A stretch of DNA of 63,608 nt from a virus. Lineage: Duplodnaviria; Caudoviricetes. Below are positions 8,992 through 20,598 of the stretch, piece after piece. The stretch is from IMG/VR virus record IMGVR_UViG_3300032282_004026, positions 1-63,608 of that record; one strand, written 5' to 3'. The translations under genes were made by a program, and so were the position numbers. Numbering within the stretch: the first letter of the stretch is position 1; the number at the start of each line of letters is the position of its first letter. The notes under the pieces are model-generated. The model had not been told where the DNA came from. It searched no databases and worked only from the letters and a program-made list of their open reading frames with translations.

Positions 8992-10630
8992 TATAGTCAG
9001 TTTTATCTGTTAAAAGTTCAAGAGCTTGTGTTAGCTCTTCATTTCTATTTCCATCATCAAAGAACCCAAACGGTGTCAACTGATCCTCGATCATCTTAAT
9101 TTTATTTTCATATATCACTTGTCTAATATTTATATTAGATAATTCTTTGAAATATGAATTGGTTGTTGCCCACGAAAACAATACAAGAGGCATGACGAGA
9201 TCGTCGTGGTATCCCTCATCAGCCTCATACGAATTCTTTTTCTGAATGAAAGTAGAAATTTCTGATATAATATCAGCATCTGGAATTAGAAGCTTTTTCT
9301 CTTCTATCAAAGTCTTAAAGTTAGAACATCCAATACGTTTAACACGCTTATCAGTTACAACTCCAAGCTGAGTTCTTCCTCCACCAAAACCACCGGAAAT
9401 AGTCTGACCATCACCAGATCTATTTACCATAACTAAATTATCATATTCATATTCGTTATATAAGATATCTGCAACTTGCTCTGACGAGTTAATCTCAATT
9501 AGAACATAAGCATTATTATATTCTTTAGCAACTTTATAGATTACTGTAGGATATAATAACGGACTTATCTTATTATCTCTATATTTAGCAACTACTCGAT
9601 AAGGCATTTCTGTCATGTCTACCACGACAAAAGCTGAATAGTCTCCACCAACGCCTTTGGCAGTATCTGCTATAAGAGCATATGATCTTCCCTGTTCCCC
9701 TAGTTCTAAGTTTTCACAGATCGGTTCTTCATATACATCAAGACCCTCATTTGTAAAGATGATATCTCCAGGAGACATCTGTGAGATAGCATTAGCAGAA
9801 ACCAAAGTAAGACTAGAACCAAGGAACCTACATAAAACTTCTTGGTTAAATTTGAGATCTCCAAGAACACGGTGTTGAGCATCAGCCCAAGCTTGATCAC
9901 GTCCTGGAATTTCCGTGTAAGGAATGAATAATGGAACAAATCCATTGCGCCCCTTTTCAGCATCATTCCAATATTTCCAGAAATGATTATAACCAAGTGG
10001 AGTAGAACTTAAAAGAATCTTAGTGTCAGAACCTGATGAGATTGTTGGATAAACAGAAGCAAAGAAAGCATCGGCAATGTTATTTGGAATGATCGCGGTT
10101 TCGTCGATATACAGCATGTTAACTGTCTTACCACGAATACCCGCTGCAGTTGTTGCTGCCGTAAAAACTTTAGATCTATTCTCTAGTTCTACGTCACCTT
10201 TGTTCCAAGTTACAACGCCTTGTTGCATCCATTTTGGAAGCATCTCATACATAATTTGATAGCGATCAAGAACTTCTCGAGCTGCTGTTGCTTTATGAGC
10301 AAGGATAGCAACTGTCTTAGCATCTTGGAAAATAGTGTACCAAAGAATATAAGCAGCAGATGTTGTTGTTTTACCTTGCTGACGTCCTTCCATTAGAATA
10401 ACCATTCGATTATTATGGATGATGTTTATCTTATTAACTTGACACGGATATAATTTGAATAGTTGAAGGCCGTGGTCAAGCGTAACAATCTGACAATAGT
10501 TGTTAATGAAGTAAACTGGATCTTCCGCACACTTGACATATTCCTCAAGTTGTTCTTGAGTAAAGCCTATCTTCTGTCCAGCGGCTTTTAAATTCGAATT
10601 AGAATTATATACTTTTAGATCGTCACTCAC
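8987..10630 (-). CDS. gp17: Terminase large subunit
   Basis: Walker A GRQQGKTT, Walker B LYIDE, nuclease ADTAKGVGGDYS and HDDLVM; GTG start overlapping the gp15 stop. Confidence 0.97.
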   Translation of the reverse strand: MSDDLKVYNSNSNLKAAGQKIGFTQEQLEEYVKCAEDPVYFINNYCQIVTLDHGLQLFKLYPCQVNKINIIHNNRMVILMEGRQQGKTTTSAAYILWYTIFQDAKTVAILAHKATAAREVLDRYQIMYEMLPKWMQQGVVTWNKGDVELENRSKVFTAATTAAGIRGKTVNMLYIDETAIIPNNIADAFFASVYPTISSGSDTKILLSSTPLGYNHFWKYWNDAEKGRNGFVPLFIPYTEIPGRDQAWADAQHRVLGDLKFNQEVLCRFLGSSLTLVSANAISQMSPGDIIFTNEGLDVYEEPICENLELGEQGRSYALIADTAKGVGGDYSAFVVVDMTEMPYRVVAKYRDNKISPLLYPTVIYKVAKEYNNAYVLIEINSSEQVADILYNEYEYDNLVMVNRSGDGQTISGGFGGGRTQLGVVTDKRVKRIGCSNFKTLIEEKKLLIPDADIISEISTFIQKKNSYEADEGYHDDLVMPLVLFSWATTNSYFKELSNINIRQVIYENKIKMIEDQLTPFGFFDDGNRNEELTQALELLTDKTDYR

Positions 10631-11337
10631 TGTTCATCCCACGTATTCGTAATATCACCTGTAATAGTGTTGCCCAACGAATCTAAGTTAGCGTTATCTG
10701 TGTTAACAAATATTCTATTGATGATACTAGAATTATTAACAGGACCAAACATTAGAGCTTTAATTGTAAAATTCAAAGTGTAGGTAACAAATCTACGGGT
10801 CTGAAAGTCTCCGTCGTATTCATCATTAAGACTCATACCATTTAATATAATAGGTATGTCTGTTATGATATTTGACTCTGGTATTACTTTAACTGACATA
10901 GTTAATTCTGGAGAGAAGAACGGAAGAATTTGCTCTATGATTTGTAGTCCGTCTTCTGTTGTTTTTGTAAGTACATATAAGCTAATATCTATGTTATATG
11001 GTACTGGCGCAAATGTTCTTTTAATAGTTCCATCTATAGGATCTGAACATGTAATATAGCTATTACGATTTATTTTTCTTATTGGATCATAAGAAAAACT
11101 AGTTATCTCAAATGACATTCTTGGTAATGTATTATACGTATGATTCTCAAGACTAGCATCTTGTTCAAGGCGTACTAACCATTTTTCTTTTGGAGCATAT
11201 GCTATAGGTACAGCTAAAGTTTGTTCTACAGTCTTTCCCAAATCCTCACGCGTTATTTGAATGTCGCTAAATAAACTGCCGAACCCGACAATAATTTTAC
11301 GCGTAATAGCGTGATAGAAGATTGTACTATTAAGCAT
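10627..11337 (-). CDS. gp15: Tail sheath stabiliser / tail terminator
   Basis: FYH...RK....FG.LF, VPIAYAPKEK, LPRMSFE, QIIEQILPFF.P motifs. Confidence 0.93.
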   Translation of the reverse strand: MLNSTIFYHAITRKIIVGFGSLFSDIQITREDLGKTVEQTLAVPIAYAPKEKWLVRLEQDASLENHTYNTLPRMSFEITSFSYDPIRKINRNSYITCSDPIDGTIKRTFAPVPYNIDISLYVLTKTTEDGLQIIEQILPFFSPELTMSVKVIPESNIITDIPIILNGMSLNDEYDGDFQTRRFVTYTLNFTIKALMFGPVNNSSIINRIFVNTDNANLDSLGNTITGDITNTWDEQ

Positions 11338-11341
11338 TTAA

Positions 11342-12756
<1,415 letters not shown>

Positions 12757-12757
12757 A

Positions 12758-13498
12758 TTAGCCCATAAAGAATTCTAACGGAGCGGACTTAGTTAACATC
12801 TCATTTTCAAGCTCTTTAATTTCTTCTGTCGCTTCAAGATATAATTTGTCGCCATCAATAGTAACTCCACCTGGAAGTTGCATCCCTTGGAATTTCTTAA
12901 TGTTAGTTGCCCATTGTTTTTTGATTAACGCGGTCGTATAATGTTTAAGCCAAGAATCACCATATAGTCTTGGCGCTGTCGCAGGATCTAATGCGCGATA
13001 GCATTCAATAAGAATATAAGATCCAGGTACTATATTCTCTACCCAGTTTTCATCAATATAAAGACGATTAGTAAATCTATTAAATCTATATAAAGGATGA
13101 CCATTTAATGTCATATCAAGTAAACTTAAATGAGACATTACTTGAGTATAATAAATGATTGATGTAGAAGTTAAATCATATAAATCATTCAGGCGTAATT
13201 GATACTGAAGATCGAAAATCGATTTTGATGTCGATGTTCCTGATGCAACAGGAAATACTCGTGTAATACCATAAACTAAATCATTTATAGGAATTGATTT
13301 ATCTGTTACATTTTCTTGAGTAACTAAATGCTTTAAATATACTTTTTCAATACCATCAAAATGATATTGTCTAAAGTATTCTATGGCTTCATCAACACGA
13401 TCTTCTATTTGTTGATCGTCAATATTGATCTCAACAACCGGCTCTCCTAACGAACGTAGGCAATAATCGATTAAACCTTGTCTTGTAGTAACAGCCAT
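12758..13498 (-). CDS. gp13: Neck protein
   Basis: YCLR.LG.PVVEIN, WLK.Y.TALIK.QW, LPGGVT.DG. Confidence 0.95.
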   Translation of the reverse strand: MAVTTRQGLIDYCLRSLGEPVVEINIDDQQIEDRVDEAIEYFRQYHFDGIEKVYLKHLVTQENVTDKSIPINDLVYGITRVFPVASGTSTSKSIFDLQYQLRLNDLYDLTSTSIIYYTQVMSHLSLLDMTLNGHPLYRFNRFTNRLYIDENWVENIVPGSYILIECYRALDPATAPRLYGDSWLKHYTTALIKKQWATNIKKFQGMQLPGGVTIDGDKLYLEATEEIKELENEMLTKSAPLEFFMG

Positions 13499-13508
13499 AA
13501 TTGTTCTC

Positions 13509-13889
13509 TTATTCTACTGGTTGTGATGGATTTAATGGAATCCAAGGAGCTGGCAATATTGCTAATTGTGTTTGACCAACCAATTCACTTTCGATTGATT
13601 GTTTCATTTGATTAATTTTTTCATCACCTGCAGCAGAATAAATCCACTCTTCTACCATTTCTCTAGTAAGATTTTCAAATGGAATGAAAGTATCTTTATT
13701 GATATTGCTAATATCATCTGGAGCTACTGAAACAAAATCACTTATTGCATGCACTAGTGTAGTACCATTATGTTCTAATGATCCTTGAATAGAAAAATTA
13801 ATAATCAAGACTACATCTTTAACATTATTTTCACCTGCATCACGCAAAACATGAAAATCTCCAATAATTAAATTATATTTAACACTCAT
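13509..13889 (-). CDS. Hypothetical fibre-associated protein
   Basis: FIPFENLT.E.V..WI motif often seen next to phage fibre genes; ATG at 13889 preferred over 13916. Confidence 0.65.
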   Translation of the reverse strand: MSVKYNLIIGDFHVLRDAGENNVKDVVLIINFSIQGSLEHNGTTLVHAISDFVSVAPDDISNINKDTFIPFENLTREMVEEWIYSAAGDEKINQMKQSIESELVGQTQLAILPAPWIPLNPSQPVE

Positions 13890-13899
13890 TTTTTTTTCC

Positions 13900-15711
13900 T
13901 TAATTTGTATTAGCACTACCAGTTACGTATGTTATTGCATATGTTTTTGTAGTCACTCCATATTTATCTGGTCCAACAGTAGTTTGTAGATTGCCTCTTG
14001 TAAAAGTACCTTGTGCATTTGTCCAAGATGCATAATTGGGATAATAAAACGTTCCACCTTGAACGTATCCAGTTCCAGGTGGAACATTTAAATTTGTACC
14101 ACCCCAAAATACATTGAAAGTACCAGAAACCTCAGTACTATTTGGCGAAGAAGAGCTATTTCTAGCATTATATGTAACGCTCCAAAATGAATTAAGTACT
14201 TCGTATCTATTGCTCCATCTTAAACGATATGTAGATCCAACAGCTTGTCCAACTGCATATCCGTATGCAGTATCGAAAGTAACTTGCTTTTCTGCATCTG
14301 GAGTTACTGTTGTCGTTTCAGTACTACTAGTATTATACAATACGCCTTGAGTTCCAGGAATACCAGAGTATTTTCCTACGCTTATAGAAGATAAACTAGT
14401 TGGAGCATTGTTTGTATAATCAGATGAACTTCCAGGATATGTTAAATTAAATAAACTAGATAATCTACGTGATGGTCCGTTAACATATCCGAATTCATAC
14501 ATGCTTACTGCCTCAGGACGCTCAACAATTTTAGCGGCAATAGCTAATAATAAAGTAGTTATCCTTTGATCATAAGTAGCATTTATAGTTTGGCCTGCAG
14601 CTTTTTTCAATACCTCAATAGCATCACCTGAACTAATCTCGCCAGTACCACCAGCTATTTTTCCTAATTTGAGTCCGCCATTAGTATACTCAGCATAATC
14701 AGTAGAATTTAGTACATCCATAAGAAACGATTCGGCTGTAGTTCTAGGTCCCAAACCTACAGCAATTCTTAACATAGTAACTGCAGTTTCACTATTAACT
14801 GATAAATCGCTAGTAGTTTGACGAGTACCATCTGCAAATTGTTTCGAGACATAAGCTTGAGCTTGTGAAACACTCACTAATTTAAGATTTGCGTTTGGAT
14901 ATGCAGAATATGCAGGCGCAGTAGTTTGAACTACACCTCTTCCCTTTTTAAACCAAGTTATACCATTATCAGCAGAATACCATACATAAGGATCTGCAGT
15001 ATTAGTAGCTAATGTACATGCAGCAACACCAGAAGTATTATATGGTCCTATACCAGTTCCGGTATCTGCTCCATTCGGACTAGTAGAACTTGCAGCAAAC
15101 ACGCCACCATCTAATAAACAAGCTTCAATAAATTGATTTCCACCAACTTTATATAAACTAATTCTCCAGCCAGATTGTGTATAAGTTAACATATCACTGC
15201 CATACTTACCACAATATGCTACAATTCTAAATACATTATGTGTAAGGTTATTCTGAACAAAAGAATAATTAGTATACCAAACATCATGAGTTGCTTGATA
15301 AGGCAAAATAGCAAACCAAGGACTCGTTACACTAGATTGATATTCAATCTGAACAGGAGTATTTCTACCTGGTTGTAGCCAAAGATCTCCATAATGTGCT
15401 ACAATACCATTGCTGGTAGTACCAATGCTAGTACTACCAGATCCAAAATTTATATGTCCATTAGTACTTACATAGCACTGTGTATAATTTGTTCCATTAA
15501 ATGGCCACGTAAAACCTATAGGAATTGCTGTAGTATTATATCCGTCATCATAAGATGTCCATCCGGCAGAACCTATATTAGTGTACGTTATTCCAGCAGG
15601 AAGTTGTGGATAGACTCTATCACCACCAGTTGTCACCGTGTTACCAGATGCTGATGGATAGTCGCGCTGATTGCGCGATCTAGTAGAATTTGGAAAATAA
15701 GAGAAAGACAT
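13900..15711 (-). CDS. Putative adhesin with a nidogen (NIDO)-like N-terminal motif and a dockerin-like segment
   Basis: DDG....IPIGFTWPFNGTNY...YVSTNG.I.FG motif; two dockerin-like helices in mid-protein. Confidence 0.6.
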   Translation of the reverse strand: MSFSYFPNSTRSRNQRDYPSASGNTVTTGGDRVYPQLPAGITYTNIGSAGWTSYDDGYNTTAIPIGFTWPFNGTNYTQCYVSTNGHINFGSGSTSIGTTSNGIVAHYGDLWLQPGRNTPVQIEYQSSVTSPWFAILPYQATHDVWYTNYSFVQNNLTHNVFRIVAYCGKYGSDMLTYTQSGWRISLYKVGGNQFIEACLLDGGVFAASSTSPNGADTGTGIGPYNTSGVAACTLATNTADPYVWYSADNGITWFKKGRGVVQTTAPAYSAYPNANLKLVSVSQAQAYVSKQFADGTRQTTSDLSVNSETAVTMLRIAVGLGPRTTAESFLMDVLNSTDYAEYTNGGLKLGKIAGGTGEISSGDAIEVLKKAAGQTINATYDQRITTLLLAIAAKIVERPEAVSMYEFGYVNGPSRRLSSLFNLTYPGSSSDYTNNAPTSLSSISVGKYSGIPGTQGVLYNTSSTETTTVTPDAEKQVTFDTAYGYAVGQAVGSTYRLRWSNRYEVLNSFWSVTYNARNSSSSPNSTEVSGTFNVFWGGTNLNVPPGTGYVQGGTFYYPNYASWTNAQGTFTRGNLQTTVGPDKYGVTTKTYAITYVTGSANTN

Positions 15712-15866
15712 TATTCTTCCGTAATCTCTTCTATAGTTTTAACGTAAGTTCCAGGACGCAATTGACAATTAACTACCAAAGCCTCGCCTTTATTCTCGGC
15801 TTCTACCTCTACAGTAGTTTCCTGATTTGGAGTTCCAACTGGTGCTATTACACATTTGTATTTCAT
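15711..15866 (-). CDS. Small 51-aa hypothetical protein (missed by the ORF track)
   Basis: MKYKCVIAPVGTPNQETTVEVEAENKGEALVVNCQLRPGTYVKTIEEITEE*; ATGA overlap upstream and TAATG overlap downstream; fills the gap exactly. Confidence 0.8.
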   Translation of the reverse strand: MKYKCVIAPVGTPNQETTVEVEAENKGEALVVNCQLRPGTYVKTIEEITEE

Positions 15867-17548
15867 TTAGTCATTTCCTTCACGAGATTCATTAGCTGAT
15901 CGATTTGTTTTTGCTGTGCTTCAATCTGAGATTGTTGTTCTTTCATAGCTTCAATCAAAAGAGGCACTATCTTTTCATATTTAACTGTTAGATATTTTTG
16001 ACCCGATTTTGAATGACTACCATCTTCAGATTTCCAGTCATAATCGAATGGAGCAATTTCAACTGCTTCTGGTAATACTGCTTCAACTTCTTGAGCAAGT
16101 ACACCGCATTCATGCCAAGCAGTTGGAGTGAATCCTAAATCTTTTACTTCCTTTTTCCAATCAAAAGTAACGCCATTAAGCTTCATTACTTTCTGTAGAG
16201 CATTATCAATATTTATTACATTCTCTTTAAGTCTCTTATCAGATGCATAAGCAATAACGTTATAATAGCTACGGAAGTTATTATCACCATCGCCAAAGGA
16301 TGCGATCTGTGTAGCAAAGTCTGCGTTATTGTAAATGCGAGTTCCATTATACCCAAAGTACGCACCTATCTTAATACCAGTATGATAACCTATAGCTAAA
16401 TCGGGGAATGGACTAGCCCATGATCCTGATTCTTGATATATTGCGTAAGAATCGTTACCTTGTCCAGAGTTACCGCCAACACCATAAAAGATAAGTTTAC
16501 CCACTGTATTATTATTATTTCCTGTAACATAAGCAGCATAACCACTAATGTTAGTTTGGTCACCAGTGTTTGTACCAGATAAGTTATTTGCAAACCAATT
16601 ACCAGAGTTATCGCAATAGGCACCCCAACCGTTACTACTATTCAAGAATCCAATCAGATTGCTATTACAGTGAATACGACGTGTCGTATTATCAGTGTCG
16701 GTCATGTAAATATTAGAAGATGTACTATTACCTACAGTAAGATCACCGTATAGTTGAGTATTCTTACTACTGTCTACTCTAAGTGCCCAACCTTCATCAC
16801 TGGTTAGGAAACCAATGTTGCTAGCAGTATCTGCATAAATAACACCGCGTTTTGTAGTTACATGACCACCAGTCCAGAATCTTATGGCAGCAGTAGCACT
16901 ACCGGTGGCAGAAACATCCCACCATCCGTTTTGTTGACTGGAAAAATGTGCTGTAGTATTTTCGTTATATAAACCGGTATTACTACTATTACTTCTAAAC
17001 CAATTGCTAACATATACCTGATTAAATGTTGGTGCATCGCCTGTACGTACAGCTTGATTTAAGTATGAACTGAATGAGTTACCATTCCAATAGTTAGCAT
17101 TTAAGTTAGCAACCATTGTACTTGATGTAACAACTAAAGGTGAAGTACCAGTCGCAACTGTTGATGTTAAAGTAGTTCCTTTAATACCACTAGTAGCAGA
17201 AATTGATCCAGTAACTTGAAGTTTATCAGTAGCGTTATCAGTACCACTTCCAAGTAAAACGTTTCCACCATATTGTGCAAGTTTAACTAAACCCGTATCT
17301 AATACTTCAATAGAAGGAACACCCGATACGTCGTTTGCAGCAAAGATTGTGCCAGTCATCGTATTTGAAATACTAAACAATTGACCAGCAGATCCTTCAA
17401 AGCTTAATGTACCAGAATTGGTAGGATATACTTGAAGAGTAATGTTCTGCGCGCCAGTCGACGCATCAGCTCCAGAAAATACAATCTTTGGATCTGCTGC
17501 AGCACCAATGTTTGGCGTAATTACTAAATTTTTATCTGAGAGTGCCAT
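15863..17548 (-). CDS. Tail fibre with C-terminal intramolecular chaperone (peptidase S74)
   Basis: AYASDKRLKENV..I.NAL.KV..LNGV.FDW, GVLAQEVEAVLPEAV, YLTVKYEKIVPLLIEA.KE coiled coil. Confidence 0.9.
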   Translation of the reverse strand: MALSDKNLVITPNIGAAADPKIVFSGADASTGAQNITLQVYPTNSGTLSFEGSAGQLFSISNTMTGTIFAANDVSGVPSIEVLDTGLVKLAQYGGNVLLGSGTDNATDKLQVTGSISATSGIKGTTLTSTVATGTSPLVVTSSTMVANLNANYWNGNSFSSYLNQAVRTGDAPTFNQVYVSNWFRSNSSNTGLYNENTTAHFSSQQNGWWDVSATGSATAAIRFWTGGHVTTKRGVIYADTASNIGFLTSDEGWALRVDSSKNTQLYGDLTVGNSTSSNIYMTDTDNTTRRIHCNSNLIGFLNSSNGWGAYCDNSGNWFANNLSGTNTGDQTNISGYAAYVTGNNNNTVGKLIFYGVGGNSGQGNDSYAIYQESGSWASPFPDLAIGYHTGIKIGAYFGYNGTRIYNNADFATQIASFGDGDNNFRSYYNVIAYASDKRLKENVINIDNALQKVMKLNGVTFDWKKEVKDLGFTPTAWHECGVLAQEVEAVLPEAVEIAPFDYDWKSEDGSHSKSGQKYLTVKYEKIVPLLIEAMKEQQSQIEAQQKQIDQLMNLVKEMTK

Positions 17549-17572
17549 TTAATATCCTATGACTTTATTTTA

Positions 17573-17580
17573 TATTTATT
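17573..17580 (-). promoter_or_regulatory. Late promoter variant AATAAATA
   Basis: NATAAATA in the gap upstream of the S74 fibre gene. Confidence 0.55.
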
Positions 17581-20047
17581 AGATTCCAAATCGACCACGT
17601 ACTGCTTGAAAGTGTTGTTTAACTTCATTTGCAGTTAATGCTGAATTATATATTTTTGCTATAGCAATTCTACCATTTAAATTGAAGTAACCACCAGCAT
17701 AAGTTTCACGACCAATCATTGTATTTGTTGCGTTACTTAATAATGGTATACCGTCGCTAGAAGTACCACTTCCAATAACACTTCCATTAATATATACAGT
17801 ACTAGTTGTTCCAGATCTAGTCCAAATTGCATGATACCAAGTGTTAAGACTAAACGAATATGAATAATTTAAATACGGTCTTCTTAAATCTATACCAGTG
17901 TTGCTTTGATTAACACCAAATGCCCAATGATTGACGTTCCAATCTCCAGAACTCATTAAAGTTCCTGTGTAATTTTGATGCGTACCAGCAACCTGGAAAA
18001 CACATTCCATTGAAAGATCAGTTAACCATGTAAAGTTTTGATTTGGTACTTCTAAATAAGCAGCATTAATTCCGGCTTTTTCAATATAGCCATTTGTATA
18101 ATAAGCGCCGTTTCCTAAAAATGTTCTATGTTGAAGTTCGCTATTATCAGTTAGATCGAGATATGATGTAGGCGTGAATGTGCTAGAAGAAGTGAACGTA
18201 TGAGTAGTATATCCACCCGATGTAGATATAGTTCCGCCTGTAGCTTTAGCACTTCCAGAATATCTTACAATAACTATTCCAGATCCACCGCTAGCACCAA
18301 CGCTTGAGTAGTGAGAAGATCCTCCTCCGCCACCTCCAGAATTAGTGCCCCCAGCTCCTCCACTAGTATTAGCTCCGCTACTACCATTTGCTCCACTATT
18401 TGTAGAGCTTCCACCTCCAGCGCCGCCAGTAGTACTATATGAAGAACCACCACCGCCGCCTCCTAATCCACCTGGTCCACCTACATAACTATGTCCATTG
18501 CCTCCTCCGCCACCGCCATAATATAAAGTAGATCCAGAAATATCTGACGCAAAACCACGACCTCCATATCCACCATATGAATCGGGCCCAGATTCTCCAG
18601 GTTGACCTGCACCTCCTCCACCACCAGCATTATATTGACTATACCAAGGTCCACCACCTCCACCGAATCCTTGACCTTTAGTGCCACCGCCGCCGCCAAC
18701 TAATCTATTATATCCGTATGAAGGTGAATCGCCTCCACCACAACCTCCAGGCTGTCCTTGACGAGTTCCAGTATATGAGCCTTCTCTCCAATGGCCACTT
18801 CCTCCTCCACCACCACCGAGTGCAGTAGTACTACCAAAAGATGAATTACCGCCAGTTGATCCTGGAGCAGGATCAGCGCCATAAGTTCCAGGTGATCCAG
18901 CGCCACCTCCACCAATCACTACATCATACGCAGTATTAAGAGAAACTGGATATGATCTTTTATAAATCACGCCTCCTCCTCCTCCACCGCCACCCATATC
19001 CATACCACCTCCACCGCCACCAGCGACAACAAGTACTTCAACTGAAGATACATCCCGTGCATCCAAAGAAAGAACTATTGAATTTAATGGTATGGCTTTA
19101 ACGTCATTAAAAAAACTAGTACCAAGAGTTTTTAAATATCGTATGATTACAATTCCAGATCCACCATTTCCGCCACGATTACCTTTCATATAGTGGGAAC
19201 CACCTCCACCGCCTCCGCCGGTGTTTGCACCACCTGCACCACCAGGACTATGCGACCAACTTCCACTTTGACCTGGGCCACCAGGTTCTCCAGAATTAAA
19301 ACCATCTCCAGGCGCTGCATATCCTAATGCACCACTTCCACCGCCACCCCGACCACCTGTACCACCTTGAGAAATACTATATGAAGCACCGCCACCTCCA
19401 CCACCCCAATAAAGAGGGTAGCCTAAAATATTATTCTGTACGCCTATTCCACCATTCCCAGGATTAACAGATCCAGCGCCACCAGCACCACCACCACCAG
19501 CAGCATAATATTGACCTATAGAGCCTCCACCCACATTACCATATCCTGTACCACCGGCTGTAGTATTAGCAGTTACTGCTCCACCTCTACCTGTGTTTCC
19601 ATCACTATATCCAGAAGATCCTCCGCCAGATCCTCCAGCAGCACCATATCCACTATTTGGAGTATATCCCCAATATGAACTTCCTCCATATCCACCACCT
19701 ACTGCTATGATAGTACCACCAAAAGAAGAGTTACCACCAGAAGTTGCAGATACGCTAAATTGATGAGAAGCGCTCTGTCCAGCAAAATTTCCTTCGGGCG
19801 CTCCATTTCCTCCAGCACCTACGACAACAGCATATGATGTACCAGCAGTAACAGCATATGAAGAATGAGAAACAACGCCGCCTCCACCTCCTCCACCACC
19901 CATATCCATACCACCACCGCCGCCGCCAGCAACAACTAATATTTCTATGTTACCTGAAAAACCAGGAACAAACGTGCCAGACGTAGTGCAAACGTGAGTA
20001 TTATAATTTGATAAAGTGGTTAGATTTGGTCCTGCCTCTACAGCCAT
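17579..20047 (-). CDS. Glycine-rich adhesin with C-terminal LamG/ConA-like domain
   Basis: Two (E)xLVVAGGGGGGMDMGGGGGGGGV...GGSGIVIxRY modules; WYH....R......YING and KIYN.ALT..EV.Q.F LamG motifs. Confidence 0.82.
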   Translation of the reverse strand: MAVEAGPNLTTLSNYNTHVCTTSGTFVPGFSGNIEILVVAGGGGGGMDMGGGGGGGGVVSHSSYAVTAGTSYAVVVGAGGNGAPEGNFAGQSASHQFSVSATSGGNSSFGGTIIAVGGGYGGSSYWGYTPNSGYGAAGGSGGGSSGYSDGNTGRGGAVTANTTAGGTGYGNVGGGSIGQYYAAGGGGAGGAGSVNPGNGGIGVQNNILGYPLYWGGGGGGASYSISQGGTGGRGGGGSGALGYAAPGDGFNSGEPGGPGQSGSWSHSPGGAGGANTGGGGGGGSHYMKGNRGGNGGSGIVIIRYLKTLGTSFFNDVKAIPLNSIVLSLDARDVSSVEVLVVAGGGGGGMDMGGGGGGGGVIYKRSYPVSLNTAYDVVIGGGGAGSPGTYGADPAPGSTGGNSSFGSTTALGGGGGGSGHWREGSYTGTRQGQPGGCGGGDSPSYGYNRLVGGGGGTKGQGFGGGGGPWYSQYNAGGGGGAGQPGESGPDSYGGYGGRGFASDISGSTLYYGGGGGGNGHSYVGGPGGLGGGGGGSSYSTTGGAGGGSSTNSGANGSSGANTSGGAGGTNSGGGGGGSSHYSSVGASGGSGIVIVRYSGSAKATGGTISTSGGYTTHTFTSSSTFTPTSYLDLTDNSELQHRTFLGNGAYYTNGYIEKAGINAAYLEVPNQNFTWLTDLSMECVFQVAGTHQNYTGTLMSSGDWNVNHWAFGVNQSNTGIDLRRPYLNYSYSFSLNTWYHAIWTRSGTTSTVYINGSVIGSGTSSDGIPLLSNATNTMIGRETYAGGYFNLNGRIAIAKIYNSALTANEVKQHFQAVRGRFGI

Positions 20048-20048
20048 A

Positions 20049-20381
20049 TTAAGCTCCTGGTAATATGTGAGGTTCTTCTACCCAAGATAATGTGTCTTCA
20101 TGCCAAATCCAATGATTCTCGAGTGGGCGTGGTTTAGGCGCCACATATAGCGCGTTTTCAGTATCTAATATCCAACTAGGAAATGGCTTTGGAGGAATGA
20201 ATGCATCTAATTCTTCGTTATATTCATATCCAATTCCAGCAAATCTTCTTCTTATATTACCATTGTAAGATGTTTGCTTCCAAGAAGCAGGATCTCCAAA
20301 AGCGCCAGAATCAATAACGCTTTGTTCTGCAACAATAACGTTCTTTACTTTTCCATCAAATATTTGTGCAAAATGTGTCAT
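20049..20381 (-). CDS. Conserved hypothetical partner of glycine-rich phage proteins
   Basis: MxHFA, WKQTSYNG..R..FAGIG..Y....DAFIPPKPFPSW motif; ATG at 20381 preferred. Confidence 0.72.
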   Translation of the reverse strand: MTHFAQIFDGKVKNVIVAEQSVIDSGAFGDPASWKQTSYNGNIRRRFAGIGYEYNEELDAFIPPKPFPSWILDTENALYVAPKPRPLENHWIWHEDTLSWVEEPHILPGA

Positions 20382-20391
20382 ATTTTTATCC

Positions 20392-20598
20392 TTAACAACC
20401 AATACAAGGTTGCTTCCATTCTAGTGAATTCATTAAATTAGACAAAGAAGATTCTTCATGCGTAGAAATAATATCAATTATCTCTGGTAAAGTTTCTGCT
20501 GAAACTAATGCTCTATTACCATCGGCAGAATTAATTATAAATGTCGCTCCACTTTTAACAGCGTCATATGAATTTACACTTTTTATTTCATATATCAT
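20392..20598 (-). CDS. Small hypothetical protein with C-terminal CxxC
   Basis: 68 aa ending PCIGC; ATGA overlap with the upstream gene. Confidence 0.65.
   Translation of the reverse strand: MIYEIKSVNSYDAVKSGATFIINSADGNRALVSAETLPEIIDIISTHEESSLSNLMNSLEWKQPCIGC

Noticed and set aside
4359-10630. Inteins, introns or homing endonucleases in portal, sheath or terminase
   Set aside because: ORFs are continuous with no splice-junction, LAGLIDADG, HNH or GIY-YIG motifs; portal and terminase are of ordinary length.
13889-13899. A9 run as a programmed frameshift site
   Set aside because: It is the spacer between the AAGG SD and the ATG at 13889, after the upstream stop codon.
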